NCBI GenBank assembly: GCA_965248925.1
Contig: CBDFLE010000006.1
Coordinates: forward strand, 2,304,001-2,368,000
Reading direction: 5' to 3'
Source: Candidatus Multivoradales bacterium
GTDB lineage: Bacteria; Acidobacteriota; Thermoanaerobaculia; Multivoradales; J023
DNA: 64,000 nt
The notes below the pieces were generated by a model, which was not told the origin of the DNA, did no database searches, and saw only the letters and a list, made by a program, of their open reading frames with translations. The translations under genes and the position numbers were made by a program. Below are positions 12,869 through 22,803 of this stretch, piece after piece; position 1 is the first letter of the stretch; every line of letters starts with the position of its first letter.

Positions 12869-13153
12869 CTTGATTCTTCCTTGCAGATCAAGCGATTCTG
12901 ATGATCTTGGCCGATCCTTGATCGCCGCTCAAGATCGCTTCAAGTTTACCAGTCCACTGCACACTCGGTAAGGAATCGCTCGGCCAGGGTCGGTGCCTCG
13001 CGGGTCCGCTGGCGGTCCTCGCAGGAATCTCCACCGCTTGCCGCGTTTATGAGCCGCTCGCGGGCAAGCCGTCGAGCCTCGGCTGGTGCCGACCTGCCGT
13101 GCGAGCCAGAAGCCAGGACGATCCCCGGCACTGCCCAAGCTCCCGCACCCCGT

Positions 13154-16100
13154 TCAACCGCGCTTCGCCAAGGCATCTTTCTTATCCCCCTCATCCCGCC
13201 CCCTAATCGCCGGCTCTTTCTTCTTCCTCGGCGGGCGCTCTTCGGCCGGTTTGACCTCGAAGTCGATCTGGTGACTGGCTTCACCTCGGCGCAGCTCTAA
13301 CTGGTAGCTACCAGGGGTAATGTAAAGCTGACGTTGGAGGCGCACTAGCTCGGCCCAGGGAGTCTTGGCCCGTTTGCCGCGTTCGGTCTTGGCAGGGTCG
13401 GCGGCGGCGGCTTCCTTTTTAGCGCGCCGGCTTTTCTTCTTACTGTCGCTCTTCTCGGCTTCTTGCTCGGCCAGCTTCTCGCTCTCGGCGGCTAGCGCCA
13501 GCTCTTGGTCGAGCAGCAAGTTCCAGATAAAGGTGCCGACGCCGCGCTCTGCTGGGTGCTCGATGCGGCGGAGCTCGCGGCCGTCTTCATCGAGCAAGAT
13601 CAGCTCTACCACGCCAGCCTCAGCGGACCAGAAAGGGATCTTCAACTCGGGGGCGTCTTCGGCGCGGTAGAACCACTCGGAACGCCGCCGCTTCCAACCC
13701 CGCTGGTAGTCGACCGCCTCGACCGGGAAGAGATGCACGGGCTCGGCACGCAACTCTTCAGTGAGTTCTTGCACTGGCAATACGTCGACTACCCAGACGC
13801 TGCGTCCATGGGTGCCGGCAATCAGCTCGCGTTGGCGTGGATGGACCACCAAATCGTGCACTGGAACGTTGGGCAACGCCCCTTGCAAGGCTTGCCAGAT
13901 CTGGCCGCGGTCGAGGCTGACGTAGACCCCGCGATCGCTGCCGACGTAGAGCACGTCTGGGTTGACCGGATCTTCGCACACCACGTTGATCGCTTCGGCG
14001 GGTAGGCCGGCGGAGAGGTCTTGCCAGGTGGTTCCCAGGTCGGCGGTGCGGTAAAGGTAGGGGGTTACATCGTCGTTGCGGTAGCCGTTGAGACTGAGGT
14101 AGGCGACATCTTTGTCGAAATTCGACGCCTCGACCCGGCTGACCCAGCGGTCGGCGGGCAGCTGAGCACCCACGTCTCGCCAGTTCTGGCCACCGTCGGT
14201 GGTCAGGTGGATCTGGCCGTCGTCACTACCGACCCAAATACGACCGAATTCGAGGGGCGATTCGGAGATCGTGGTCAAGGTGGCGTAGGGCACGTCGCCG
14301 CGTTCCTGGGAGCGGGTCAGATCGGGGCTGATGGCGGTCCAGGTTTCACCCTGATCGAGCGAGCGGTAGAGTTTCTCGGCACCGTAGTAGACGATGTCGG
14401 CATGGTGTGGCGATAGCCTCACCGGGGTGTTCCAGTTGTAACGCAACGCTGGCTCGCCAAGACCGTCGCGGGGGCGCACTGTGGCCCGTTCGCCATCGGG
14501 ATCGAGACGCTGGTAGAAGCCGAATTGGAAGCCGAGGTAGGTGGTCTGGTTGTCCCGCGGATCGACCTGGACGTGCATGCCATCGCCACCGCCGACCCGC
14601 CGCCACGGTTGGCTGATGCCGAGTTGGTAGTCGCTGGGACCTTTTAAAGTGCCGTTGTCTTGTAAGCCGCCATAGATGTTGTATGGCTCGGCGAGGTCGA
14701 CGGCAACGGTGTAGAGCTGGCCCACCGCCTGGGCATCGAGCTTGAGCCAGCTGACCCCACCGTCGTAGCTCAGGTCGAGACCACCGTCGTTGCCGACGAT
14801 CATTCGCTGGGGGTAGTGGGGATCGATCCAGAACTCGTGATGATCGACATGCACCCCGCGACCATTGAGTCCACTCCACGTCTGGCCGCCGTCGGCCGAG
14901 GTGATCACTGGCACGCCGAGCACGTAGAGCCGCTGTGGGTCGTCCGGCGCCACGCGGATCTGGCCGAAATAATAGCCGTAGGTGTAGGCCACCTGGCGAA
15001 TCGGCTGCTCGTGGGTCAGGCGCCAGCTGGCGCCGCCATCGTCTGAACGCCAAATCTCGAGACCGCGGATGTCAGTCTGGAACAAGCTGGCGTTGGCGTC
15101 GTCGAGTTCGGCGAGCAGATCTTCGAGGGTGATTTCTTCGGCCTCGACCATGTCGAGCAGGGTCTCAGCGTCGATCTCGATGGCCAGGTCGCTGGCGCGG
15201 ATGAAGTCTTCGATCTCTTCGGGATCTTGGTCCAGGAACTCTACGCGGGTCATCTGCCGCAAGCGCTTGGCGGTGACCGCGCCATCGCCCAGGTCCCACT
15301 GCTCTTCGGGCAACGGCTGTTGATTGTCGAGCGCGGCGTAGAGGGTTTGCGGTCGGCTAGCGGCAAGGGCCAGGCCGATGCGTCCAACATGGGTTCCACG
15401 AGGCAAGCCACCGTCCAGACGCTGCCAGTGGGAGCCGCCATCGACGGATTTCCAAATACCACTGCCGGCGCCGCCCTCGACGAAATCCCAGGGTCGCCGA
15501 GAACGCTCCCAGGTGGCGGCGTAGAGCACTTGGTGATTGGCCGGATCGATCACCAGATCGACCACCCCGGTCAGCTCACCTGTATCGAGCACCTGCTGCC
15601 AGCTCTGACCCCCGTCGACGGTGCGATAAACCCCTCGGCCACCACCCGAGGTGTAGAGCTTGCCGAGGGCAGCGACGTAGACCCGCCGCGAATCCTGCGG
15701 ATCGACCAGCACCCGACCGATCCGATCGACCTCTTCCAGGCCCAGGTGCTGCCAACTCTGGCCGCCGTCGGTGGAACGATAGATGCCCCGACCGCCATAG
15801 GAGGAACGTGACGAGTTGCTCTCGCCGGTGCCCACCCAAAGGGTCTGCGGTGCCTGTGGATCGACCGCCAGATCGCCCATTATCAGGGTCTGCTGGTGGT
15901 CAAAGAGGGGCTCGAAGGTGACCCCGTTATTGGTCGTCTTCCACAGCCCGCCGGAAGCGTAAGCGACGTAGAAAGTGTAGGGCTCTCCAGGGACTGATTC
16001 GATGTCGACCACTCGTCCGCCCTGCACCACCGGCCCCACCGAGCGCCATTCGAGACCCTTGAAGAGGGAGGACTGTTCGAGTTCCTGATGTCGCTGCCAA

Positions 16101-16255
16101 GAGGCGCGATGCTGCTCAACGGTTGCCGGGCCGCTGGCTGCCTGGCGCTCGGCCCGGGCCACAGCACCGCCAATCCCGCACAGGTTGCCGATCCCAGTGA
16201 TAGTGAAACCGACCAACAGTAGGGCGCCGAGGCGCGGTGGCGTCTGGCGAATCAT
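13154..16255 (-). CDS. Secreted VPS10/BNR-repeat beta-propeller protein (glycosyl-hydrolase-like)
   Basis: WRSVGP...GGR, many S/T-x-D-G-G-x-S/T-W Asp-boxes, HVDHH, GGLQDNG, RYNWNTP, GTHGRS; signal peptide after ATG 16255. Confidence 0.92.
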   Translation of the reverse strand: MIRQTPPRLGALLLVGFTITGIGNLCGIGGAVARAERQAASGPATVEQHRASWQRHQELEQSSLFKGLEWRSVGPVVQGGRVVDIESVPGEPYTFYVAYASGGLWKTTNNGVTFEPLFDHQQTLIMGDLAVDPQAPQTLWVGTGESNSSRSSYGGRGIYRSTDGGQSWQHLGLEEVDRIGRVLVDPQDSRRVYVAALGKLYTSGGGRGVYRTVDGGQSWQQVLDTGELTGVVDLVIDPANHQVLYAATWERSRRPWDFVEGGAGSGIWKSVDGGSHWQRLDGGLPRGTHVGRIGLALAASRPQTLYAALDNQQPLPEEQWDLGDGAVTAKRLRQMTRVEFLDQDPEEIEDFIRASDLAIEIDAETLLDMVEAEEITLEDLLAELDDANASLFQTDIRGLEIWRSDDGGASWRLTHEQPIRQVAYTYGYYFGQIRVAPDDPQRLYVLGVPVITSADGGQTWSGLNGRGVHVDHHEFWIDPHYPQRMIVGNDGGLDLSYDGGVSWLKLDAQAVGQLYTVAVDLAEPYNIYGGLQDNGTLKGPSDYQLGISQPWRRVGGGDGMHVQVDPRDNQTTYLGFQFGFYQRLDPDGERATVRPRDGLGEPALRYNWNTPVRLSPHHADIVYYGAEKLYRSLDQGETWTAISPDLTRSQERGDVPYATLTTISESPLEFGRIWVGSDDGQIHLTTDGGQNWRDVGAQLPADRWVSRVEASNFDKDVAYLSLNGYRNDDVTPYLYRTADLGTTWQDLSAGLPAEAINVVCEDPVNPDVLYVGSDRGVYVSLDRGQIWQALQGALPNVPVHDLVVHPRQRELIAGTHGRSVWVVDVLPVQELTEELRAEPVHLFPVEAVDYQRGWKRRRSEWFYRAEDAPELKIPFWSAEAGVVELILLDEDGRELRRIEHPAERGVGTFIWNLLLDQELALAAESEKLAEQEAEKSDSKKKSRRAKKEAAAADPAKTERGKRAKTPWAELVRLQRQLYITPGSYQLELRRGEASHQIDFEVKPAEERPPRKKKEPAIRGRDEGDKKDALAKRG

Positions 16256-16461
16256 GGCGTCTTCTCCTCTAAGCGATTGTGCGGTGACTGGGCGAGCGGT
16301 AGCATACCTTGCCGCCACGAGACCGCTAGGGCGAACACCACCGCGGCGAAGACCGTTATGTAGCGGAGAAAGTGAGCGGACATCGAGCTGAGCATCGGCT
16401 CTGGCAAGAGCTGACCCACTGCAATCCTCCCCGAGCGTCGAAATTGCCGAGAACTGCTAAA

Positions 16462-18081
16462 ATGACTCCCTTGGAACGATCTACCACCCTCCGTCGCCGC
16501 CTTCTAAGCACCGTACTTGCTCTGAGCACCTTGCTTTTCGTCGCCACTTTCGGCGGCGCGGTGGCGAGTGCGGATACCTTTCCGCTACTGGCTTTCGGCG
16601 ACAGCTTGACCAAGGGTGCTCAGGATACCGGCATCAGCTGCAACGGCATCAAATCTGGTGGCTACCCACCGCGGTTGCAAATCTTGCTGGCGCAGCGCAA
16701 ATGGGACACCGAGATCGCCAGCTCCGGCATCTGTGGCGAGACCACCCCAGAAGGACTGAGCCGGATCGGCGGGGTGCTGGCCGAGGAGTTGCCGATCTTG
16801 GTCTTCATCCTCGAAGGCACCAACGACATCAACAGTGAGATCTCAATCGAATCTTCGCTGTTCAATCTGCGCACCATGACCGAGATCGCCGCCGACGCAG
16901 GCGTGCAGCCACTGCTGGCGACTCCACCTCCCATCGGCACCTCGGTAGTGGGCCTCAACTCGGGGCCCTTGGCCTCTCGGGTGCGTTCGATGGCGGCCAA
17001 CCGGGGGATTCCGTTCGTCGATTTGTTTGGCGAGCTGAGCAATATTCCAGACCTGTTCCAGACCCTCTATCAGGATCCTTTTCACCCCAATCCCGACGGC
17101 TACCAAGTGGTCGCAGAGCTGTTCTTGCAGCGCACCATCAACACCTTGCGCTCGATCGACGCGCTGCCGATCGGCAACGGCAACTTCTGCCGTGATTTCG
17201 GCCCGTGCCAACATGGCGAAGGCGATTGCGATGGCGATGAGGAATGCGCTGAGGACCATGTCTGCCAAGACAACGTCGGGGTCGAGTTTGGCCTCTCGGA
17301 GAACACCGATATCTGTGTCAGCCAGGCGATCCTGGATTGCCCGCTGGTCAACGGCAATCCGCGCCGCTGCACCGATTGCGGCCCCTGCTCCGAAGGTCAG
17401 GGGGATTGCGACAACGACGGTGAATGCCTGCTCGGCCTGATCTGCGGCGAGGATCTGGGCCCGATGTTCGGCTTTGGCGCTACGGTCGATATCTGCGTGC
17501 AGGCGGCAACACCTACCACTTGCACCGACCCGCTGGGCTCGGGCTCCTTCTGCACCTTCTGTGGCCCCTGCGGTGAGGGCGAGGGCGACTGCGACAGCGA
17601 CGCCGAGTGTGCCGCGGGCTTGGTTTGCACCGACAACGTTGGCGAGATGTTTGGCTTCTCACCCAACGTCGACGTGTGTCTGAGCAACGGTGAGCCACCA
17701 CCGCCACCTCCAGCTTGCCCGCTGGCCAACGGCGATTCGCGGTTCTGCACCGAATGCGGCCCCTGCCAGGACAGCCAGGGCGACTGTGATGGCGACGCCG
17801 AATGCGCCGCCGGCACCACTTGCGTGAACAACGTCGGTGCCATGTTCGGCTTCTCAGCTGCCACCGACGTCTGCCTGACCTCCACCGAGCCACCACCGCC
17901 CACCGAGTGCACTCTGCCGCTGGGCAACGGCCGCTACTGCACCGAATGTGGCCCCTGTCAGAGCGGCCAGGGCGACTGTGACAACGATGGCGAATGCGCC
18001 CCCGGACTAACTTGCACCGAGAACCGCGGCGAAGAATTCGGTTTCGCCCCAGCGGTCGACGTCTGCCTACCGCCGCAGTAG
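16462..18081 (+). CDS. Secreted SGNH/GDSL hydrolase with five C-terminal Cys-rich repeats
   Basis: AFGDSLT, G.CGETT, EGTND and DPFHPN blocks; signal peptide; repeats of C..CGPC..G.GDCD.D.EC..G..C..N.G..FG.....DVC. Confidence 0.9.
   Translation: MTPLERSTTLRRRLLSTVLALSTLLFVATFGGAVASADTFPLLAFGDSLTKGAQDTGISCNGIKSGGYPPRLQILLAQRKWDTEIASSGICGETTPEGLSRIGGVLAEELPILVFILEGTNDINSEISIESSLFNLRTMTEIAADAGVQPLLATPPPIGTSVVGLNSGPLASRVRSMAANRGIPFVDLFGELSNIPDLFQTLYQDPFHPNPDGYQVVAELFLQRTINTLRSIDALPIGNGNFCRDFGPCQHGEGDCDGDEECAEDHVCQDNVGVEFGLSENTDICVSQAILDCPLVNGNPRRCTDCGPCSEGQGDCDNDGECLLGLICGEDLGPMFGFGATVDICVQAATPTTCTDPLGSGSFCTFCGPCGEGEGDCDSDAECAAGLVCTDNVGEMFGFSPNVDVCLSNGEPPPPPPACPLANGDSRFCTECGPCQDSQGDCDGDAECAAGTTCVNNVGAMFGFSAATDVCLTSTEPPPPTECTLPLGNGRYCTECGPCQSGQGDCDNDGECAPGLTCTENRGEEFGFAPAVDVCLPPQ
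17164..18070 (+). repeat. Five tandem ~55-60 aa Cys-rich repeats with Pro/Thr linkers
   Basis: Visible in the protein and in the DNA (ggcccctg, ggcgactgtga recurring about every 180-190 bp). Confidence 0.9.
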
Positions 18082-18115
18082 CGGCAAAACCCGGACCGCT
18101 CGCCGGGCGGAACTC

Positions 18116-19120
18116 CTACTTCCCATTCAGCAGATCCGCGGCCAGCGGCTCCTCAGCCGCTGGCGAGCCGGAGGGTTCTGCCCTGGCGAGCAAGAACCGG
18201 CGCGCATCAGCAGCCGTGCGGAGCGGAATCTCCTCCATCGGTAGATGGCCGGCGTCGTCGTAGATCACCACTTCGGCTTGGGGTAAAAAGGCGGCGAATC
18301 TTTTGGCGTGGGCCACCGGCAACCACGGGTCTTGGCGCCCCCACATCACCAAGGTGGGCTGCTCGATATCGCGCAAGCGATCGGGGTAGACCAGGCCAGG
18401 CTCGCTGAGCCGTGCCACCAAAGCCGCCCGGTTGCCGCGCCTCAAAGTCAGCAGGTAGTAGCGGTCGATCAACTCTGGAGTGACTTTCGACGGGTCGGCA
18501 TAGATCTCCTCCAGGGCATTGCTGAACAAGAACCGCGGCGTTACTCGGGTGGCCATCTGACGCACTCCGGGAGTACGCCCAACATCGAAGACGCTACGCC
18601 GCTGCGGCGGCGGGAAACCCGCGGCATCGATCAACACCAAGCGCTCGACCCGCTGTGGATGGGCGGCGGCAAAGCGCCAGGCGATCAGCCCCCCCAAGGA
18701 GTTGCCCGCCAGATGGACCCGCGATAACTCCAGATGGTCGAGAAACGCCGCCACATGCTCGACGTAACGCTCGGTGCGGTAATCATGATCGACCGACGGG
18801 CCGGTCAAGCCGAAGCCCGGCAGGTCGAGACGCAGAACTCTGAAATCACTGGCCAGCTCGGCCGCCCAACCATCCCAGGTGTGCAACGAAGCCGCCGTGC
18901 CGTGCAGCAGCAGCAGCGGTGGCCCGCTACCCTGGTCGCGATAATGCACTCGGTCGCCCTCGACCGCGGCAAAGCGGGAGCTGGCATCGGCGTAGCGCCG
19001 CTCCAAGTCGACCGCCGGAATGTCCCCCCGGTAGTGGCGGAAAATCAGCGCCATCGGCACCAAGGTGATCAGTCCCAGGATCGCCGCCACCCAATAGTTC
19101 GAAATTCGCCGTTGAGCCAT
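18116..19120 (-). CDS. Membrane-anchored alpha/beta hydrolase
   Basis: LLLHG, DLPGFG, GNSLGG, WG..D and GHLP motifs; N-terminal TM after ATG 19120. Confidence 0.9.
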   Translation of the reverse strand: MAQRRISNYWVAAILGLITLVPMALIFRHYRGDIPAVDLERRYADASSRFAAVEGDRVHYRDQGSGPPLLLLHGTAASLHTWDGWAAELASDFRVLRLDLPGFGLTGPSVDHDYRTERYVEHVAAFLDHLELSRVHLAGNSLGGLIAWRFAAAHPQRVERLVLIDAAGFPPPQRRSVFDVGRTPGVRQMATRVTPRFLFSNALEEIYADPSKVTPELIDRYYLLTLRRGNRAALVARLSEPGLVYPDRLRDIEQPTLVMWGRQDPWLPVAHAKRFAAFLPQAEVVIYDDAGHLPMEEIPLRTAADARRFLLARAEPSGSPAAEEPLAADLLNGK

Positions 19121-19255
19121 CAGCTGCCCTCCCCGCGGCGCTGCCGCGCCAGACTCAGTCTCTGCATTGCGCTCTCGCCGCACATGGAAAACCTCCAGCG
19201 CGGCAGTATAGAGGGTCTCGATGCCCGATAGCGGGCTCTCTGGTACGGTCACCGG

Positions 19256-20188
19256 ATGACTGTGCCGACCCCAGATCAGCAGCCCCCTCGACCCCGCCTG
19301 GGACTGACCGACCTGCACCGCCATCTCGACGGCTCGCTGCGCCCGGCTACCTTGCAAGAGCTCGCCGCTCAGCATCACCTGCAACTACCCGAGACGGTTG
19401 GCTTCTACCTCGGCATGGGCTTGGAAAAAGCGCTGGCTTGTTTTGATCTCACACTGGCCGTGCTGCAACATCCTGACGCCGTGCAGCGGGTCGCCGGAGA
19501 AATCTGTCAGGACGCGGCCGTTGAAGGGGTCAGTCGATTGGAGATTCGTTTTGCCCCGCAGCTGCACCGTGGCGCAGCAATGGAGGAGATCGTCGACGCC
19601 GCGCTCGATGGCATCGACGGCCGTGCCGGCTTGCTACTCTGCGGCCTCTACGGCGAACCGCCCAAACTCTTCGAACGGCTGATCGACCTGGCTAGCAACC
19701 GCGATGGCGTGGTGGGCCTCGACCTCGCCGGTAGCCCGAGCACCGCCGACCCGTTCTCGCTGGTCGACTACGCCCCGGCCTTCAGCCAAGCGCGCCGCCT
19801 CGGCCTCGGCCGCACCGTCCATGCCGGCGAAGGTCGATCAGCGAGAGAGATCGCCACCGCCATCGACTCCTTGCACGCCACCCGCATTGGTCACGGCACA
19901 ACCTTGCTCGAGGATCCACGACTGGTCCAGCGCGTGGTCGAGCGCGGCATCGTGATCGAGGCTTGCCTGACCTCGAACCTCCACACCGGTGCCATCACCA
20001 GCATCGCCGAACACCCCCTGCCACGCTGGCTCGATGCTGGAGTGCAAGCAACCATCAACACCGACAACACCCTATTCTCAGGCGTAAACGCAGCGAGCGA
20101 GTATCGCCAGGCCCTGACCATCCCCGGCATGGACCGTGACCGGCTTGCCAGTTGTATTATCAATGGTCACGCGGCTGCTTTCGGCTAA
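19256..20188 (+). CDS. add: Adenosine deaminase family protein
   Basis: DLHRHLDGS, EIRFAP, GLDLAG, TVHAGE, RIGHG, C.TSN and NTDN motifs. Confidence 0.9.
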   Translation: MTVPTPDQQPPRPRLGLTDLHRHLDGSLRPATLQELAAQHHLQLPETVGFYLGMGLEKALACFDLTLAVLQHPDAVQRVAGEICQDAAVEGVSRLEIRFAPQLHRGAAMEEIVDAALDGIDGRAGLLLCGLYGEPPKLFERLIDLASNRDGVVGLDLAGSPSTADPFSLVDYAPAFSQARRLGLGRTVHAGEGRSAREIATAIDSLHATRIGHGTTLLEDPRLVQRVVERGIVIEACLTSNLHTGAITSIAEHPLPRWLDAGVQATINTDNTLFSGVNAASEYRQALTIPGMDRDRLASCIINGHAAAFG

Positions 20189-20214
20189 AAAAAGGGCGCC
20201 CCGATGGGCGCCCC
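20186..20214. terminator. Intrinsic terminator-like hairpin between convergent units
   Basis: AAAAAAGGGCGCCC-CGAT-GGGCGCCCC; gives a U-tract on the minus strand. Confidence 0.65.
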
Positions 20215-20578
20215 AAGCGATCGCACGGGATCGAGGTTGATAGACACGGCTAGCACCTGAGTGCGGCTCATTGAGCGGGGGAAAGGCAACTACTTGCCCG
20301 CGTCCTCAGACCCATGGTCGCCGCCTGATGTCTCGGTTCGGTGGACGATCTTTCGCCATTGCTGCTGGTCAACAGCTTTTGCAGATCCGGTGCCAGAAGC
20401 AGCAGCAGCGGGAACCCGGCAACCACTCGCTTTGAGCTGAACCGCAAAGCCCTGGGATGCAAACTCTGTTGTCAGTGGGAGAGGCCGCGACGGAAGAGGG
20501 AGCGCTAGCTGCCAACTTCGTAGCCAGCAGCTAGCGCAGCTGCCCGCGCACTAAGCAGGCAGGTGAGGCAAGTCGAAC

Positions 20579-21919
20579 TCAGAAGTGAAAGGAGAAACCC
20601 ACCAACGCCGAGACGATCGAGTTGCGTAGGGTCACGGTGGCACCCGGCACGCCGGTGAAGGGACCGGTGATCTCGTTCTCCGGGGTGTAATAGGCACCGA
20701 AATCGAGATTGAAGCCGGGGTACACGGCGAGACTCGCCCCCACCGTGTAGTGCTCTTCGAACACCGACGGCGTGCCACCACTGTTCAAGGTCACCGACTC
20801 TCGAATCGGACTGTCGTTGAAATTGAGCCCGGCGCGTAGGGTAAGGGTCGGACTCTTCTGCCACTCGACACCGAACATGTACGCCAAGATATCGTCCCAG
20901 CCAATCGACACCAAGCGCTGGCGGTCGTCAATTCCACCGTCGCCACCAATACCCTGGGTACTGGCATAGCCCACCCAACGAATGTCGAGAGCGAACTTCA
21001 AAGCTGGCCCTGGAGTGAAGCCCAGACCAGCGGTAGCGATCGGCGGCTGATCGAGGTCGATCTCGATAACTTGTGGATGGCCAAAAGCGTTTGGACCAGT
21101 AGTGATGTTTGGGTTGACGTGGAACGAATTCCACTGGTAAGGATCCGTATCGAGTTCCGAGGTGTAGGAAACGCCCAGGCTCCATTGTGGGTTGAAGCGA
21201 TAGAACAGGCCCAGCTGGGCGGAGAAGGCGATCTCGCTGACCATCACGCCGGTGCTGGGACGGTAGCAATCTTCATTCTGGAACGGCTCCACGGCGGGTA
21301 GGCAATCAGGTTCCACCACCGGCAGAGGATTGATGATCAAGCGACTCTGAACCAGATTGAGGGAGCCCCCTAAGGACAGATTGTCATTCACCTGCCAGGC
21401 AGCGGCGAAGGGCACTTTGGTCACCTGTAGTTCGGTGTTGAGGCGACCGAACCCGATCGGTTGCGGCGCCAGCAGCAGACTGTCGGGATCGACCGGCCAG
21501 TTGGTGCGAAAACCGGCTACGCCCAGCAGGCCCCAACCCACCGCCCAATTTTTCCCCGGCTTGTGTAAGCTCCAGCCCACCGCCGGCAAGACCCCGGGTT
21601 CACCATCGGAATCGGTGGTTACCGGCGACTCTCCCGCCTCTTGAGTAGAGAGGCTGAGGTCGTCGACAAAGAGTTCGACACTGATACCGACATTGACCCC
21701 GTCGAGTTGGGTGAGCAGCGCCGGGTTGAGGTGCAAGGCACCGATCACGTCCAGCGGCTGGCCGGTCCCGGCACCGCCCATCGAGCTGTTGATAGCCCCA
21801 ACACCATGCAACAAATGACCGTTGCCGGCCAACAGTGGCCCGCCGACCAAGAAGGCGCAAACCAGGAAGGTAAAGAGCAAGGCAAGCACGCGATTCTTCG
21901 CCATCAGCTTCTCCCTCAA
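20579..21919 (-). CDS. FadL/OmpP1/TodX outer-membrane channel for hydrophobic molecules
   Basis: Signal peptide, NGH.L.G.G....MGGAG...NPA.L hatch motif, amphipathic beta-strands, terminal Phe. Start may be ATG 21904. Confidence 0.88.
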   Translation of the reverse strand: MREKLMAKNRVLALLFTFLVCAFLVGGPLLAGNGHLLHGVGAINSSMGGAGTGQPLDVIGALHLNPALLTQLDGVNVGISVELFVDDLSLSTQEAGESPVTTDSDGEPGVLPAVGWSLHKPGKNWAVGWGLLGVAGFRTNWPVDPDSLLLAPQPIGFGRLNTELQVTKVPFAAAWQVNDNLSLGGSLNLVQSRLIINPLPVVEPDCLPAVEPFQNEDCYRPSTGVMVSEIAFSAQLGLFYRFNPQWSLGVSYTSELDTDPYQWNSFHVNPNITTGPNAFGHPQVIEIDLDQPPIATAGLGFTPGPALKFALDIRWVGYASTQGIGGDGGIDDRQRLVSIGWDDILAYMFGVEWQKSPTLTLRAGLNFNDSPIRESVTLNSGGTPSVFEEHYTVGASLAVYPGFNLDFGAYYTPENEITGPFTGVPGATVTLRNSIVSALVGFSFHF

Positions 21920-22146
21920 GATCCACTTGCCGAGAGTTCAAAGCCCCCCTGCGCAGGGCAGAACAAGTGAACCTCAACGTATTTGTCCCGGGGGGGGGAA
22001 CGACGATCCGTCGCCGCCCCGGCTCTCGATTTTCGATCGCTAGCTACTCTCGCCAACAGTGACTACCGGGGAGAACGCTGCAGTTCTCGACTGCGCTGAG
22101 CTTCGACCTGTGCAGCAATCCCCGCGAGATAGTAGGATCAGCTGGA

Positions 22147-22203
22147 ATCTTCTCTTATCGAGTTTCTGGGAGCAATGGGTCGCGGGATCTAAAAAGGATC
22201 CAT
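22147..22203 (-). promoter_or_regulatory. Putative activator-dependent promoter of the fadL-like gene (shares motif with 45684-45740)
   Basis: Minus strand: GGATCCTTTTTAGATCC box, then TTGCTC-N17-GAAGAT. 23/33 ungapped identity with 45708-45740. Confidence 0.5.
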
Positions 22204-22279
22204 GGGCCGAAATTTGCGTGTTTTCCCTAGCAGGAGACCGATCATCAGCACCTCCCACAGCGCAAGAAAAGACCCCGTA

Positions 22280-22798
22280 ATGGACGATTTTGAGCTTGCC
22301 GGACTTGATGGGCGACGCCATGGCTTGCCCCACTTGCTGCGCCAGCGACGCGGTCTGGTGGTGGTTTTCTGGTCCAGTACCTGCGCGCATTGCCAGCGCT
22401 ACGATGGCTGGCTGGGCGATTTCGCCGAGCACCATCCAGAGATCGGTCTGGTGGCGGTGGCGGCCCGGCGCGGCGAATCGCCGCAGCAGCTGGCGGCGGC
22501 GGTCGCCCAGCGGGATCTGCGCTTCCTGCTGCTGCTCGATAGCGACCGCCAGCTGGCCGTTCGTTGGCAGGTCGAGCAGACCCCAAGAGCCTTCTTGCTC
22601 GACCCCGCGCGGCGACTGATTTATCGCGGGGCGATCGACAACTTCAAATACCCCGAGGATCCTGCCTACCGGGCATACCTAGAGCCGGCGATTGCCGACC
22701 TGCTGGCTGGCCGGCCGGTGGCCCGAGCCGAGACCGCCAGTTTCGGCTGTCCGATCGATGCTGCTTACTATGATCTGCCGGCGCTGCGGCGACGCTAG
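22280..22798 (+). CDS. Redoxin (AhpC/TSA/thioredoxin-like) protein
   Basis: VVFWSSTCAHC, TPRAFLLD...YRGAID, GC.I motifs. Confidence 0.88.
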   Translation: MDDFELAGLDGRRHGLPHLLRQRRGLVVVFWSSTCAHCQRYDGWLGDFAEHHPEIGLVAVAARRGESPQQLAAAVAQRDLRFLLLLDSDRQLAVRWQVEQTPRAFLLDPARRLIYRGAIDNFKYPEDPAYRAYLEPAIADLLAGRPVARAETASFGCPIDAAYYDLPALRRR

Positions 22799-22803
22799 CC
22801 TGA

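Noticed and set aside
17164-18070. Periodic DNA repeats as a possible CRISPR array
   Set aside because: About 180-bp degenerate in-frame coding repeats, not repeat-spacer structure; no cas genes.
19120-19384. N-terminal extensions in the ORF track (18116-19384; also 50514-52796, 41439-42791, 57945-58664)
   Set aside because: They overlap neighbouring genes; downstream starts fit the domain boundaries and RBS better.
20268-20462. 64-aa ORF downstream of fadL
   Set aside because: No clear RBS or motif; cannot be supported.
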